Below are positions 16,429 through 23,724 of a stretch of 32,000 nt of DNA, in pieces. The notes beneath the pieces are model-generated. The model had not been told where the DNA came from, made no database searches, and saw only the letters and a program-made list of their open reading frames with translations. This DNA comes from Candidatus Saccharimonadota bacterium (GTDB lineage: Bacteria > Patescibacteriota > Saccharimonadia > Saccharimonadales > UBA4665), in NCBI GenBank assembly GCA_963716945.1, contig OY970322.1:960001-992000 (forward strand), read 5' to 3'. A program made the position numbers and the translations under genes. Each line of letters starts with the position of its first letter. The stretch's first letter is position 1.

Positions 16429-17052
16429 CTACGGTTTACTAATGATTGGAGCTTGCCTAATAAAGCTATGCTGCTCGAGTACTTGAATAACTGCCTGGGC
16501 TACTTCCTGTCTGCCGACATACCATTTCGTCGGACCGTGTTCACGAAGCTTGAACGGCTTAGGCGGTACGTTCTGTAACTTCAACACCCGTATAACTGTC
16601 CAGTCCAAGTCACTGTTTTTGAGTACCTCCGTGTGGTTTTTGCCGTCTTTGACTCTAGCCGGGTCGATAATGCCGATACCCAGGTTGAGAAACCTGTCAA
16701 TCAGGCTAATTTTGTCTCCGGGAAAACGCACACCGGTGCCAGTCAAGCTCACTAAACGCTTAACGCCTAATGCCTCCATGACACCTACGACCTTCTGAAT
16801 AGCTACGGTCTGAACATTTGGCTCTGAGCCTTTAACGTGGCCGATAAAGCTGGCGACGGCCTCCTGATCCGATAGTAAATTCTTCAGCTGGACTTCGTTA
16901 GTGGCATCGCACTCAACCACTGTTAGGTTGGGATGCGGCTTCAGGTAATTCTGGCCGCGCACTCCTGCCCGAATTGTATGGTCCGCGCCCAATGCTGATT
17001 CAACGAAAGCTTGGCCCGATCTCCCATTGGCGGCAATGACTGCTATTCTCAT
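16429..17052 (-). CDS. NAD(P)-binding Rossmann protein (atypical SDR / NmrA-, BVR-B-like)
   Basis: 207 aa from ATG 17052 (AGGGAA RBS). The N-terminal MRIAVIAANGRSGQAFVE is a GxxGxxG-type dinucleotide fold. The gene ends 19 nt before the heliorhodopsin ATG. Confidence 0.8.
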   Translation of the reverse strand: MRIAVIAANGRSGQAFVESALGADHTIRAGVRGQNYLKPHPNLTVVECDATNEVQLKNLLSDQEAVASFIGHVKGSEPNVQTVAIQKVVGVMEALGVKRLVSLTGTGVRFPGDKISLIDRFLNLGIGIIDPARVKDGKNHTEVLKNSDLDWTVIRVLKLQNVPPKPFKLREHGPTKWYVGRQEVAQAVIQVLEQHSFIRQAPIISKP

Positions 17053-17249
17053 AATATTCCCTAATTGATTATGCCCATTACTCCTACTTAGCATGAGCTC
17101 AATAGCTAAAATTAGCAAACGGCCGGCCGCGTGAAATCAGAGCCTCCCGGCCTAACCTTGGCGCGGAGAGCCTGAGAGCTTGAATAAGGAACATGTAGCA
17201 GGCAGCGACCGGTACGGACTGGCCTATGCAAAAAACACGTCATTTCAGT

Positions 17250-17257
17250 ATGGTGCG
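17250..17257. repeat. left copy of 8-bp direct repeat ATGGTGCG (candidate crossover core)
   Basis: Identical to 31747..31754. The flanking similarity continues weakly (14/19). Confidence 0.3.
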
Positions 17258-17316
17258 CTTGGTAGGACAGCTTTCCAACCCTTCGCCGAGCTTGAAGGCG
17301 ATCCTTTCCGCTCTGC

Positions 17317-18081
17317 CTAACGAGCGATGAGCTGCAGACGGACTGCCCTCGGTAGGAGCGCCATACAGCCGGTCGCGCTGGTAAGGCGGGCAAGGTTCTC
17401 CCACATCGCTGCCCGTACTCCGGCGGGCGTCTCGCCATAGTGGCTGGCAAGCGCCTTCTCAACGGTCGCAACGAGACCAGGCCGTGCGTGCTGTCCGCTA
17501 CGGCGGTCCCCAAAGGGGTGGTCGGTCTCCGTAAGGATGCGATCAAGCGGAATGACATCGAGCAGATCAGTACGCCGTACCGAGGCTGCGTTGACCGAGA
17601 AGGAGCAGCCAAGTTCAATCGCACGACGAGTTTGCGCGGGGTCGCCTAGCCACCAATGGAGGACGGCTCCGGCGATGGGCTGAGCCTCAAGAGCCTGGAT
17701 CACAAGGCCGGTAGCCTTGTAGCTGTGCAAGCTTGCGATACGGGATGAGTGCTGAAGTTCCGCGAGAACGGCTGAGAGGGTCGCCTGTTGTGTGCTCATT
17801 GGCACGCGTGACGAGCCATCTAGGCCAACCTCGCTGACGAAGGCAGTTCGTTGAATCAGGTCGGCGAAGCGTTTGCGGTCGAACTTCTTTTGCGCGCCGG
17901 CGAGACCTGGATGACAACCCACACCCCAGATCGTCTGCTCGTCTTTACGAGCAAGTGCAATGTCGGCTTCTGAAAGGGAGCGAGTAGCAGCAAAGATTAC
18001 GGCGCTGAGCAGCCGCAACTCAGCGGGGGCGATGGATGCCTTTACATGTGCATGGAGATCGATGGGCGGCTGCGGACTCAC
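17317..18081 (-). CDS. qatD: TatD-family metal-dependent hydrolase/DNase (QatD-like)
   Basis: 254 aa. N-terminal IDLHAHV (HxH), internal His residues, and C-terminal ILTETDHPF (metal-binding Asp). GTG start overlapping the upstream stop (GTGA). Confidence 0.8.
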   Translation of the reverse strand: MSPQPPIDLHAHVKASIAPAELRLLSAVIFAATRSLSEADIALARKDEQTIWGVGCHPGLAGAQKKFDRKRFADLIQRTAFVSEVGLDGSSRVPMSTQQATLSAVLAELQHSSRIASLHSYKATGLVIQALEAQPIAGAVLHWWLGDPAQTRRAIELGCSFSVNAASVRRTDLLDVIPLDRILTETDHPFGDRRSGQHARPGLVATVEKALASHYGETPAGVRAAMWENLARLTSATGCMALLPRAVRLQLIAR

Positions 18082-19370
18082 AACTCAAGTCCTGCAAGCT
18101 CATTCATGCCACGCCGACAAAGGTCCAGCGCATCAGCCAGTGGGTAGCTTGTAGGAAGGTTCATAGCCGTAAGGTCGCGCTGCCGCACGCCACGCTTGAT
18201 AAAGCTGCGCACGGCTGGCTCTACCGACTTGTCGTTAAGCCAGGCTTGCAGTTTCGTATTACCTCCCGGGGCAATGTACGTGGTGGCATCACTCACGCCC
18301 GACGCCACGAATGCTGCCCTGCGGACGACGCAGCCAAAGCAAACGCCACAGGCTTGGGTCGGCGAGACCTTGAAGGCTCTCTGACCAGTATGCGCACACG
18401 AGTTCGTGCTAGTGAGATAGGCCGAAGCCGCGCCTGCTCCCACTAGCTCGGCAGCACGCGCGAACATCTCACCCTTCGTGTTGGCAACAAAGGGATTTTC
18501 GATCGTGCCGTGAGCACCCACTGTACTCAAAACGTTGCCAAGTCCACCGAGGAACGCTGGATGTGTTGTACGTGTAGACACGCTACCAAGACGCTCTGGG
18601 CCAAGGGGCGGGTTGAGGGAGGCAAAGCCGTTCTCGGGTATCCAAAGTGGCACGTCGTAGACGGAGGCTGCGGCCAAGCCAAGCGCTAGGAACAGAAGCG
18701 AGCGCGAGCGGCTGGTGGGCTCGGTCGGATAGTACGTTCCGTCTAGGCGCCGCTGATTACGGGACAGATGAATTTGTAGGTGCTGCTGTGTAGGTCCAGG
18801 GACCAGTCGCTCCGCCGCCTCTGAAATGGTGCGCTGAATCGGCGCTAGTGCCGGAGCACTGAAATGAGACATAAGCACATGCCGCTCGTTGTCGGCAAGC
18901 ATCGACCGGGAAAGCAGCGCCCCGACTGCCGAATCAGCTCCCCCGCTGAGAAGGACAATACGCTGCGGTGCGGCAGGCTCCGCTGCCACTGCCGGGGCAG
19001 TTTCTACCTGCTCCTCGATAAACTCGAAACTCCAGTGATCCCCGGTGAGGAAGCCGACTACAGATGCTAGCTCACCAGCAAACTGCGCCCATTGAGCAGC
19101 GACGGAGACTGGTATGCGCAGTTGAAACTGGCGCTGGTTCCAGTTTGAGCCCCCGCCAGAACGAACGGTTGAACGATCAGCGGCATACACGGCCACGGCA
19201 AGCCGTACAAAGTCGATACTCAGCGCGGGAACAGGGCCGAGACTACTAAGGTTCGGATCAAGCTTAGTCGTAAAGCTTGACGAGCCTGTGGTAAGCCAGT
19301 AGAAAGATGTCTCCGCCTCGTCTGGACTGATGGTGGTGGGCGCATTGAGGCGCAGCGTAAATGCGGGCAT
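18078..19370 (-). CDS. qatC: QueC-like PP-loop ATPase with N-terminal extension (QatC-like)
   Basis: 430 aa. PP-loop IVLLSGGADSAVGALL at about residue 150. C-terminal Cys cluster CAHTGQ...ACGVCFGCVVRR, like the QueC zinc site. Confidence 0.8.
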   Translation of the reverse strand: MPAFTLRLNAPTTISPDEAETSFYWLTTGSSSFTTKLDPNLSSLGPVPALSIDFVRLAVAVYAADRSTVRSGGGSNWNQRQFQLRIPVSVAAQWAQFAGELASVVGFLTGDHWSFEFIEEQVETAPAVAAEPAAPQRIVLLSGGADSAVGALLSRSMLADNERHVLMSHFSAPALAPIQRTISEAAERLVPGPTQQHLQIHLSRNQRRLDGTYYPTEPTSRSRSLLFLALGLAAASVYDVPLWIPENGFASLNPPLGPERLGSVSTRTTHPAFLGGLGNVLSTVGAHGTIENPFVANTKGEMFARAAELVGAGAASAYLTSTNSCAHTGQRAFKVSPTQACGVCFGCVVRRAAFVASGVSDATTYIAPGGNTKLQAWLNDKSVEPAVRSFIKRGVRQRDLTAMNLPTSYPLADALDLCRRGMNELAGLEL

Positions 19371-20176
19371 CAGGAGCTTCCTTCGTAGATGCTGCGCAAG
19401 GTTTCGATGCCATTTTCGATTGCTTGTGTGAATTGGTCTTCGGTCACACCATCAACAGCGAGATTTGCGCGTGAAGCCAAGGCATCGGCGGCGTCGCGGA
19501 CATCACTTTCTGCCAACTCGGCGTGGTTGGAGTTGTTGATGAGTTCACCAGTCTCACTCAGTAGTGCGTCGGCGATAATCAAGCCGATTGTGTGACGCAC
19601 GATCTCTTCTGGAGTCGGTGGCTCGCCGTCTTGGCTGAGCACCCACTCAGCTACCTCGGCTGCGACAAGTCGCTGCTCGTGGTCCTCGATGGTGCTATCG
19701 GCACGAGCGCAAGCAGCATAGGCGATGCGGCGTGCGATCTCGTACTGATCTCCAAGAGCAGTAAGCTCAGCAAAATTGAGTCCAAGCCGTTCCAGTGTCG
19801 AGGCATCACCCGAGCGATAGGCATATGCCGCAGCCGCAGCGCGTCCTGCGGTCCCCGCCGACCGAGCAACAGTGCGATTGGGACCACCGCCGCTGCGGCC
19901 TCCGCCACCTGTTGCAGTACCGCCTGTGCCGCCAGAGCCCCCGCCCGGGCCATCGCTCCCTCCGCTTGTTCCCGATCGCGGTCTGAGCAACCCAACGATC
20001 GGGAGTATCGCTTCGGGGTTTAGCCGAGGTCTGTCGTGCTCTCCTTGGCCCTGGTCTCCGTTGTCGCCTTGACCTGTCTGTGGTGAGGGAAGCGAGTCAA
20101 GCCAGTTGCTGACGTCCTCGCGCAGGCGCTCTCCGACCTTTCCGCCGCTTCCTGAGTACGAGCCGCTTGTGCCCAT
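19370..20176 (-). CDS. qatB: Gly-rich protein of unknown function (QatB position)
   Basis: 268 aa. N-terminus MGTSGSYSGSGGK, a disordered G/S/P-rich first half, and a helical C-terminal half. Start and stop each share one nucleotide with the neighbouring genes. Confidence 0.65.
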   Translation of the reverse strand: MGTSGSYSGSGGKVGERLREDVSNWLDSLPSPQTGQGDNGDQGQGEHDRPRLNPEAILPIVGLLRPRSGTSGGSDGPGGGSGGTGGTATGGGGRSGGGPNRTVARSAGTAGRAAAAAYAYRSGDASTLERLGLNFAELTALGDQYEIARRIAYAACARADSTIEDHEQRLVAAEVAEWVLSQDGEPPTPEEIVRHTIGLIIADALLSETGELINNSNHAELAESDVRDAADALASRANLAVDGVTEDQFTQAIENGIETLRSIYEGSS

Positions 20177-22050
20177 CAGACAGTCTCCCGTTGCTTGAGC
20201 GCGTCATCAATAGCATTCTTCACCGGCTGACTGCTCGCTTGGCCCTTCCAGCCATTCAGAACCTCGAAGAGGTCCGCGTGGTCATTCGGTGCAAAGAGCA
20301 GCGGAGTTGCGACCGAGACATCGGCGGGAGGCAGCATCAGCAGTGCTTTCTTGGCTGCCCCGACGGAGCCTGGTGCCCGACGGGCTATGCGTAGGATGGC
20401 AGTAACACCTGTCTTCTGCTTCGTTGGCTGGTCCCGCACAGTGCGCCCCAGATGCAGGAGCAGTGCGTCGGCCTCAGTTTGAGACAGAGCATCGATGTCC
20501 TCATCACCGACGGCCTGACGATCGGCCCGTGATGTTGAAAGCAAATTGGATGCGATGTCCCGCAAACGCTCAGGCAAGCTGTTGTCGAGCAAAGTGAAGC
20601 TAGAAAATGACGCCGCCAAGTTAAGATAAGGGGACAGGTCGGTGCCGGCAAGCGCTGGCGGCAGCTTTGCCCAACGGAGCAAGCCCTCACCAAAGCCAGT
20701 GGTGCCGTCATCGGTCGTAGATGCTGGCTCGCCATCCTTGTTCTCGCTGCTGGTTCCCTCACTCGTGGATCGACTGGACGGGGATGACCGACCAGCGGCC
20801 AGCTCAAGCTTGGCGATCTGATCGCGCATTGTCCCCTGAGCAAGCCAACCAAGCACCATCGTAAAGTCCTCCGGCAACAGTACCTCAAGAACCATGAGCT
20901 TTGCGACAACGGCTGGGTCCAACTTGATCCCACGCCGCTCTGCGATCGCCTGCCGGACACGTAGATCATTCAGGAAACGCTTGACGCGCCGTGGATTGCC
21001 GTGCAGCTTCTCATAGAGAATCGGCGTCAGTCGGCTCGCGAACGCAAGCGGATCGCTGATGTCCAATCCATCGATGCCAGCAAGGTCATCGAGACTGCCG
21101 GCTTCACGACGGATTTTGGCGCACTGCTCGATCATCACGTCAAACTTGTCGCCTTCAAGGCTCGGCTGGAGTTGAAGCAGCAGAAGGAAAGCCTGCGTAT
21201 CAAATCGGCTGAGCGCCGGCAGCGGGATCGTGGTTTGCACGATCTTATGTAGATAAAGCTTCGCTGGCTCCTCTTCGTCGTGTCGTGGCTGCTCGGCGAT
21301 GCCTGTATCCCTGAATCGCGTCCGAATAGCATCGGCGACGCGATCCTCGTCGGCTGCAATGACAAATGACATCTTGGGAACTGCAAGGAAGAGGCGAATC
21401 GCCTCCAAGGTCTCAATGACGGTCTCGGGGAGGCAGCGGTCGAGATCATCGACAAGCACCGCTACCGCCTGTATGTGCGCCAGCGCCTCAGACGCCATAA
21501 GCTCACGAAATTCTGATCGGAACTCCTCCAAGCCACGAACCTGCTCATCGTCATCACCCTCTGCGGGCTTTACCAAATCGACAATATCGTCAATCGAGGG
21601 AATCTGAAAAGCCAGTGATGTCTTAGCGGTCAGCTTGATCGCCTTGGCCCAGTCGATGCGCTTGGCTAGACGCGAGACGAGGCGCTGCGCTTTCTCCTTG
21701 ACGCCCTCAATAGTCGTCTCGGAGTTCTCAACCTCACGTGCGAGCGCAGCCAGTACCTCGCCAATAAGAGTCTCCTTTGCCCCGGTCGTGGGATCGTAAC
21801 GCCACGGCTCGGTCTTAATGACAAGTACCTTCTGTCCGTCGGTAGCGCGCTGTCCCAGCTCCTTCTCAACCAAGCCAAGGACAGTTGTCTTGCCACTACC
21901 CCACGCGCCCGAGAGGCCAAGGGCGACCGGATCAAGTGCTCGGTCAAGGAGCGCGTCCGCTGCCGTAGCAGCAACCGCATCGAATGACAGGAGGTCGGTC
22001 GGTGCTGGATCGTCGGACCACAACGCCAAAGTCGGCGCTGTAGTGGTCAT
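20176..22050 (-). CDS. qatA: KAP-family P-loop NTPase (QatA-like)
   Basis: 624 aa. Walker A LSGAWGSGKTT, Walker B/KAP signature VLVDDLDRCLPETVIETLEAIRLFL, and a long helical C-terminal region. Confidence 0.8.
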   Translation of the reverse strand: MTTTAPTLALWSDDPAPTDLLSFDAVAATAADALLDRALDPVALGLSGAWGSGKTTVLGLVEKELGQRATDGQKVLVIKTEPWRYDPTTGAKETLIGEVLAALAREVENSETTIEGVKEKAQRLVSRLAKRIDWAKAIKLTAKTSLAFQIPSIDDIVDLVKPAEGDDDEQVRGLEEFRSEFRELMASEALAHIQAVAVLVDDLDRCLPETVIETLEAIRLFLAVPKMSFVIAADEDRVADAIRTRFRDTGIAEQPRHDEEEPAKLYLHKIVQTTIPLPALSRFDTQAFLLLLQLQPSLEGDKFDVMIEQCAKIRREAGSLDDLAGIDGLDISDPLAFASRLTPILYEKLHGNPRRVKRFLNDLRVRQAIAERRGIKLDPAVVAKLMVLEVLLPEDFTMVLGWLAQGTMRDQIAKLELAAGRSSPSSRSTSEGTSSENKDGEPASTTDDGTTGFGEGLLRWAKLPPALAGTDLSPYLNLAASFSSFTLLDNSLPERLRDIASNLLSTSRADRQAVGDEDIDALSQTEADALLLHLGRTVRDQPTKQKTGVTAILRIARRAPGSVGAAKKALLMLPPADVSVATPLLFAPNDHADLFEVLNGWKGQASSQPVKNAIDDALKQRETV

Positions 22051-22100
22051 GGCGCCAACCTAGAATTATTGCCGAGAATCGAACTATAGGGCATGTCACT

Positions 22101-22106
22101 ATTATA
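22101..22106 (-). promoter_or_regulatory. TATAAT box 50 nt upstream of the qatA ATG; no good -35
   Basis: The reverse strand reads ggcattgTATAATagtgacatgc. Two short palindromes lie just upstream (22127..22137 and 22145..22155). Confidence 0.3.
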
Positions 22107-22176
22107 CAATGCCGGAGTTTGGCAATCTTGCGACAAGGCGAAAGGTGCGTCGCACAAGTGTCATTGTCGGGCGGGC

Positions 22177-22409
22177 TCAGCCTCTGACGATCTGCGATAT
22201 GCGTTGGTGGCTCATGCCCATGATTCGGGCGATGGCTGTCATGGGCAGGCCCTCGCCGTAAGCGGCGCGGATCGCCTCGTCCCGCTCCTGCCGCAACTCC
22301 TCGCCTGCCTTCTCCCACGCTGCCTCGCGCCGAGCGTAGCCCTTGGCAAAGGCTGCTAGCTGGCTTTTGGCTTCGGGTGCTTGGCGTTCAGATCGAGCGA
22401 TTCAGGCAT
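22177..22409 (-). pseudogene. small HTH DNA-binding protein, frame broken at an A4/T4 run (or sequencing error)
   Basis: ATG 22409 gives MPESLDLNAKHPKPKAS-stop. The adjacent frame continues as SQLAAFAKGYARREAAWEKAGEELRQERDEAIRAAYGEGLPMTAIARIMGMSHQRISQIVRG-stop (22177), a typical HTH ending. One extra A in the run at 22365..22368 fuses the two. The downstream frame has no canonical start except a TTG that would give 37 aa. Confidence 0.45.
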
Positions 22410-22473
22410 CGTGTAGCCTATTCCTGCTAGTCGGTTAGCAAGAACAGTCCCGAGCTACAGGAGCCTCCTATCC

Positions 22474-23019
22474 ATGCCACGCATCGACCGCCTGAACCCC
22501 CATGCAAAGCGCATCGCCGTGCTCGCCGTAGCCGGCGTAGCAAGCCTGCTCGCGCCCCTGTCGGCAGAGTCGGCTCCGGCGGCGTCGCCCCAGCAATGCC
22601 AGGCGGCAGCGCTCGCTCGCCCGGCCGTCCTCACGGGGGCCTATGTCGGTGGCTATGTGCTCAACAACAACCACTACGAAATCCGGGTCAGCGAGCCGGT
22701 CATGCCGTCGGGCTGCAAGGGCACGGTGACGCTCAAGCCGTTTCAGCAGAAGCAGGAGCTTGGCGACGGCCTATCGCCGAAGCTCGAATGGATTCCATAC
22801 GGCTTCCGCCCGGACAGCACCGTGATAGCTCATGGACAGGAGCGAGTCGTCATGCGTGCCGCCCGGCTGTGCTGGTCATTCTCGATCGGCGGCGGCGGTG
22901 ATGGCGACCTCAAGCGTCACACCGAGGCTCGGCCAGCGGTTAGGAAGACGTGGCGACCGCAAGGCGGCCGTCCGGTATCGGTGATCTTCAGCGGCACGGC
23001 GCGAACGGTTTGCAAATAG
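22474..23019 (+). CDS. secreted protein of unknown function
   Basis: 181 aa. Signal-peptide-like N-terminus (KRIAVLAVAGVASLLAPLSAESAPA) and four Cys. GGAG lies 11 nt upstream. Confidence 0.6.
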   Translation: MPRIDRLNPHAKRIAVLAVAGVASLLAPLSAESAPAASPQQCQAAALARPAVLTGAYVGGYVLNNNHYEIRVSEPVMPSGCKGTVTLKPFQQKQELGDGLSPKLEWIPYGFRPDSTVIAHGQERVVMRAARLCWSFSIGGGGDGDLKRHTEARPAVRKTWRPQGGRPVSVIFSGTARTVCK

Positions 23020-23091
23020 GCAGCGCGACGTTCTCTATAGCGTCATAATCAGCTCGCTAGCACGGCTGTGCGCGGTCGCGCAGCGCACTAT

Positions 23092-23658
23092 TTACGCCGA
23101 TGGTGCATCAGGGGTCAGTAGCTCTACCAAACCTCGCAACGCTCCGCGCGCCACGTCGAGAGTCCCTTGATCCTTGAACTCGTCGGTCTCCCTACGCCAC
23201 GCTATCCATCGCCGCATAAGGTCGCGGCCACTAACTACCTGGCGTAGGCCGGACATCAAGATACGTTCTTCCCGGTGGCCGATCTGGCGGGGAAGATCCT
23301 CGGGCTCCGGGTCGTCCGTGGCCACGTCATTGAATGTCTCTCGCAGCCAGCCTCGCTCCGCCTCGTTGTATGGAAAGGCCGTGTGAAACTTATGCCAAAG
23401 ATCGTAGAATTCTGCGTTTTGCGCTGAGCCTTGCTGACCTTGGTCAACCGGACCGGTCAAATGCTCTGCCCAGTTTTCCAATTCGGTCCAGTCCTCAAAC
23501 GCCTGCAAGTCGTCCTCTAGCCAGGGCTGTTCGGGGTCTTCTATCGGTAAAAGCTCAGCCGATAGGTACTCCAACAAATAGCCAACGTGCATACCGACTT
23601 CTTGACCCATCGGGCCGAAGGGTAAGCGTTCTTGTGACTGTTCTGTACCTTGCGCCAT
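23092..23658 (-). CDS. strongly acidic, Trp-rich hypothetical protein (188 aa)
   Basis: Clean ORF with its own TTGTAT-N17-TATAAT promoter. The sequence has many D/E and W residues (EDPEQPWLEDDLQAFEDWTELENWAEH). Confidence 0.65.
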   Translation of the reverse strand: MAQGTEQSQERLPFGPMGQEVGMHVGYLLEYLSAELLPIEDPEQPWLEDDLQAFEDWTELENWAEHLTGPVDQGQQGSAQNAEFYDLWHKFHTAFPYNEAERGWLRETFNDVATDDPEPEDLPRQIGHREERILMSGLRQVVSGRDLMRRWIAWRRETDEFKDQGTLDVARGALRGLVELLTPDAPSA

Positions 23659-23684
23659 GCGACTATTACCTACTCAATATATGA

Positions 23685-23713
23685 ATTATACCATACTTTG
23701 ATTATTAATACAA
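23685..23713 (-). promoter_or_regulatory. promoter TTGTAT-N17-TATAAT
   Basis: The reverse strand reads TTGTATtaataatcaaagtatggTATAAT, in the only AT-rich spacer of the island. Confidence 0.45.
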
Positions 23714-23724
23714 ACCCGCCGAGG

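Noticed and set aside
17251-17320. TGGTGCG... looked like the 3' end of a second tRNA (a duplicated tRNA-Gly fragment)
   Set aside because: I could fold no cloverleaf, T arm or matching acceptor strand. Only the first 8 nt and a few scattered bases match tRNA-Gly. I kept it only as a possible crossover core.
17112-17624. 170-aa minus-strand ORF spanning the island's left junction
   Set aside because: Arg/Pro-rich sequence typical of an off-frame read in GC-rich DNA. It overlaps the 3' part of the TatD-like gene and has no RBS.
18078-19370. The QueC-like gene read as ordinary queuosine (preQ0) biosynthesis
   Set aside because: It has a large N-terminal extension, is overlap-coupled to KAP NTPase and TatD genes, lies on a mobile element, and has no queD/queE/queF/tgt neighbours.
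19800-20030. GGN-rich repetitive DNA
   Set aside because: It is the coding sequence for the Gly-rich disordered half of the QatB-position protein. There is no unit periodicity beyond codon bias.
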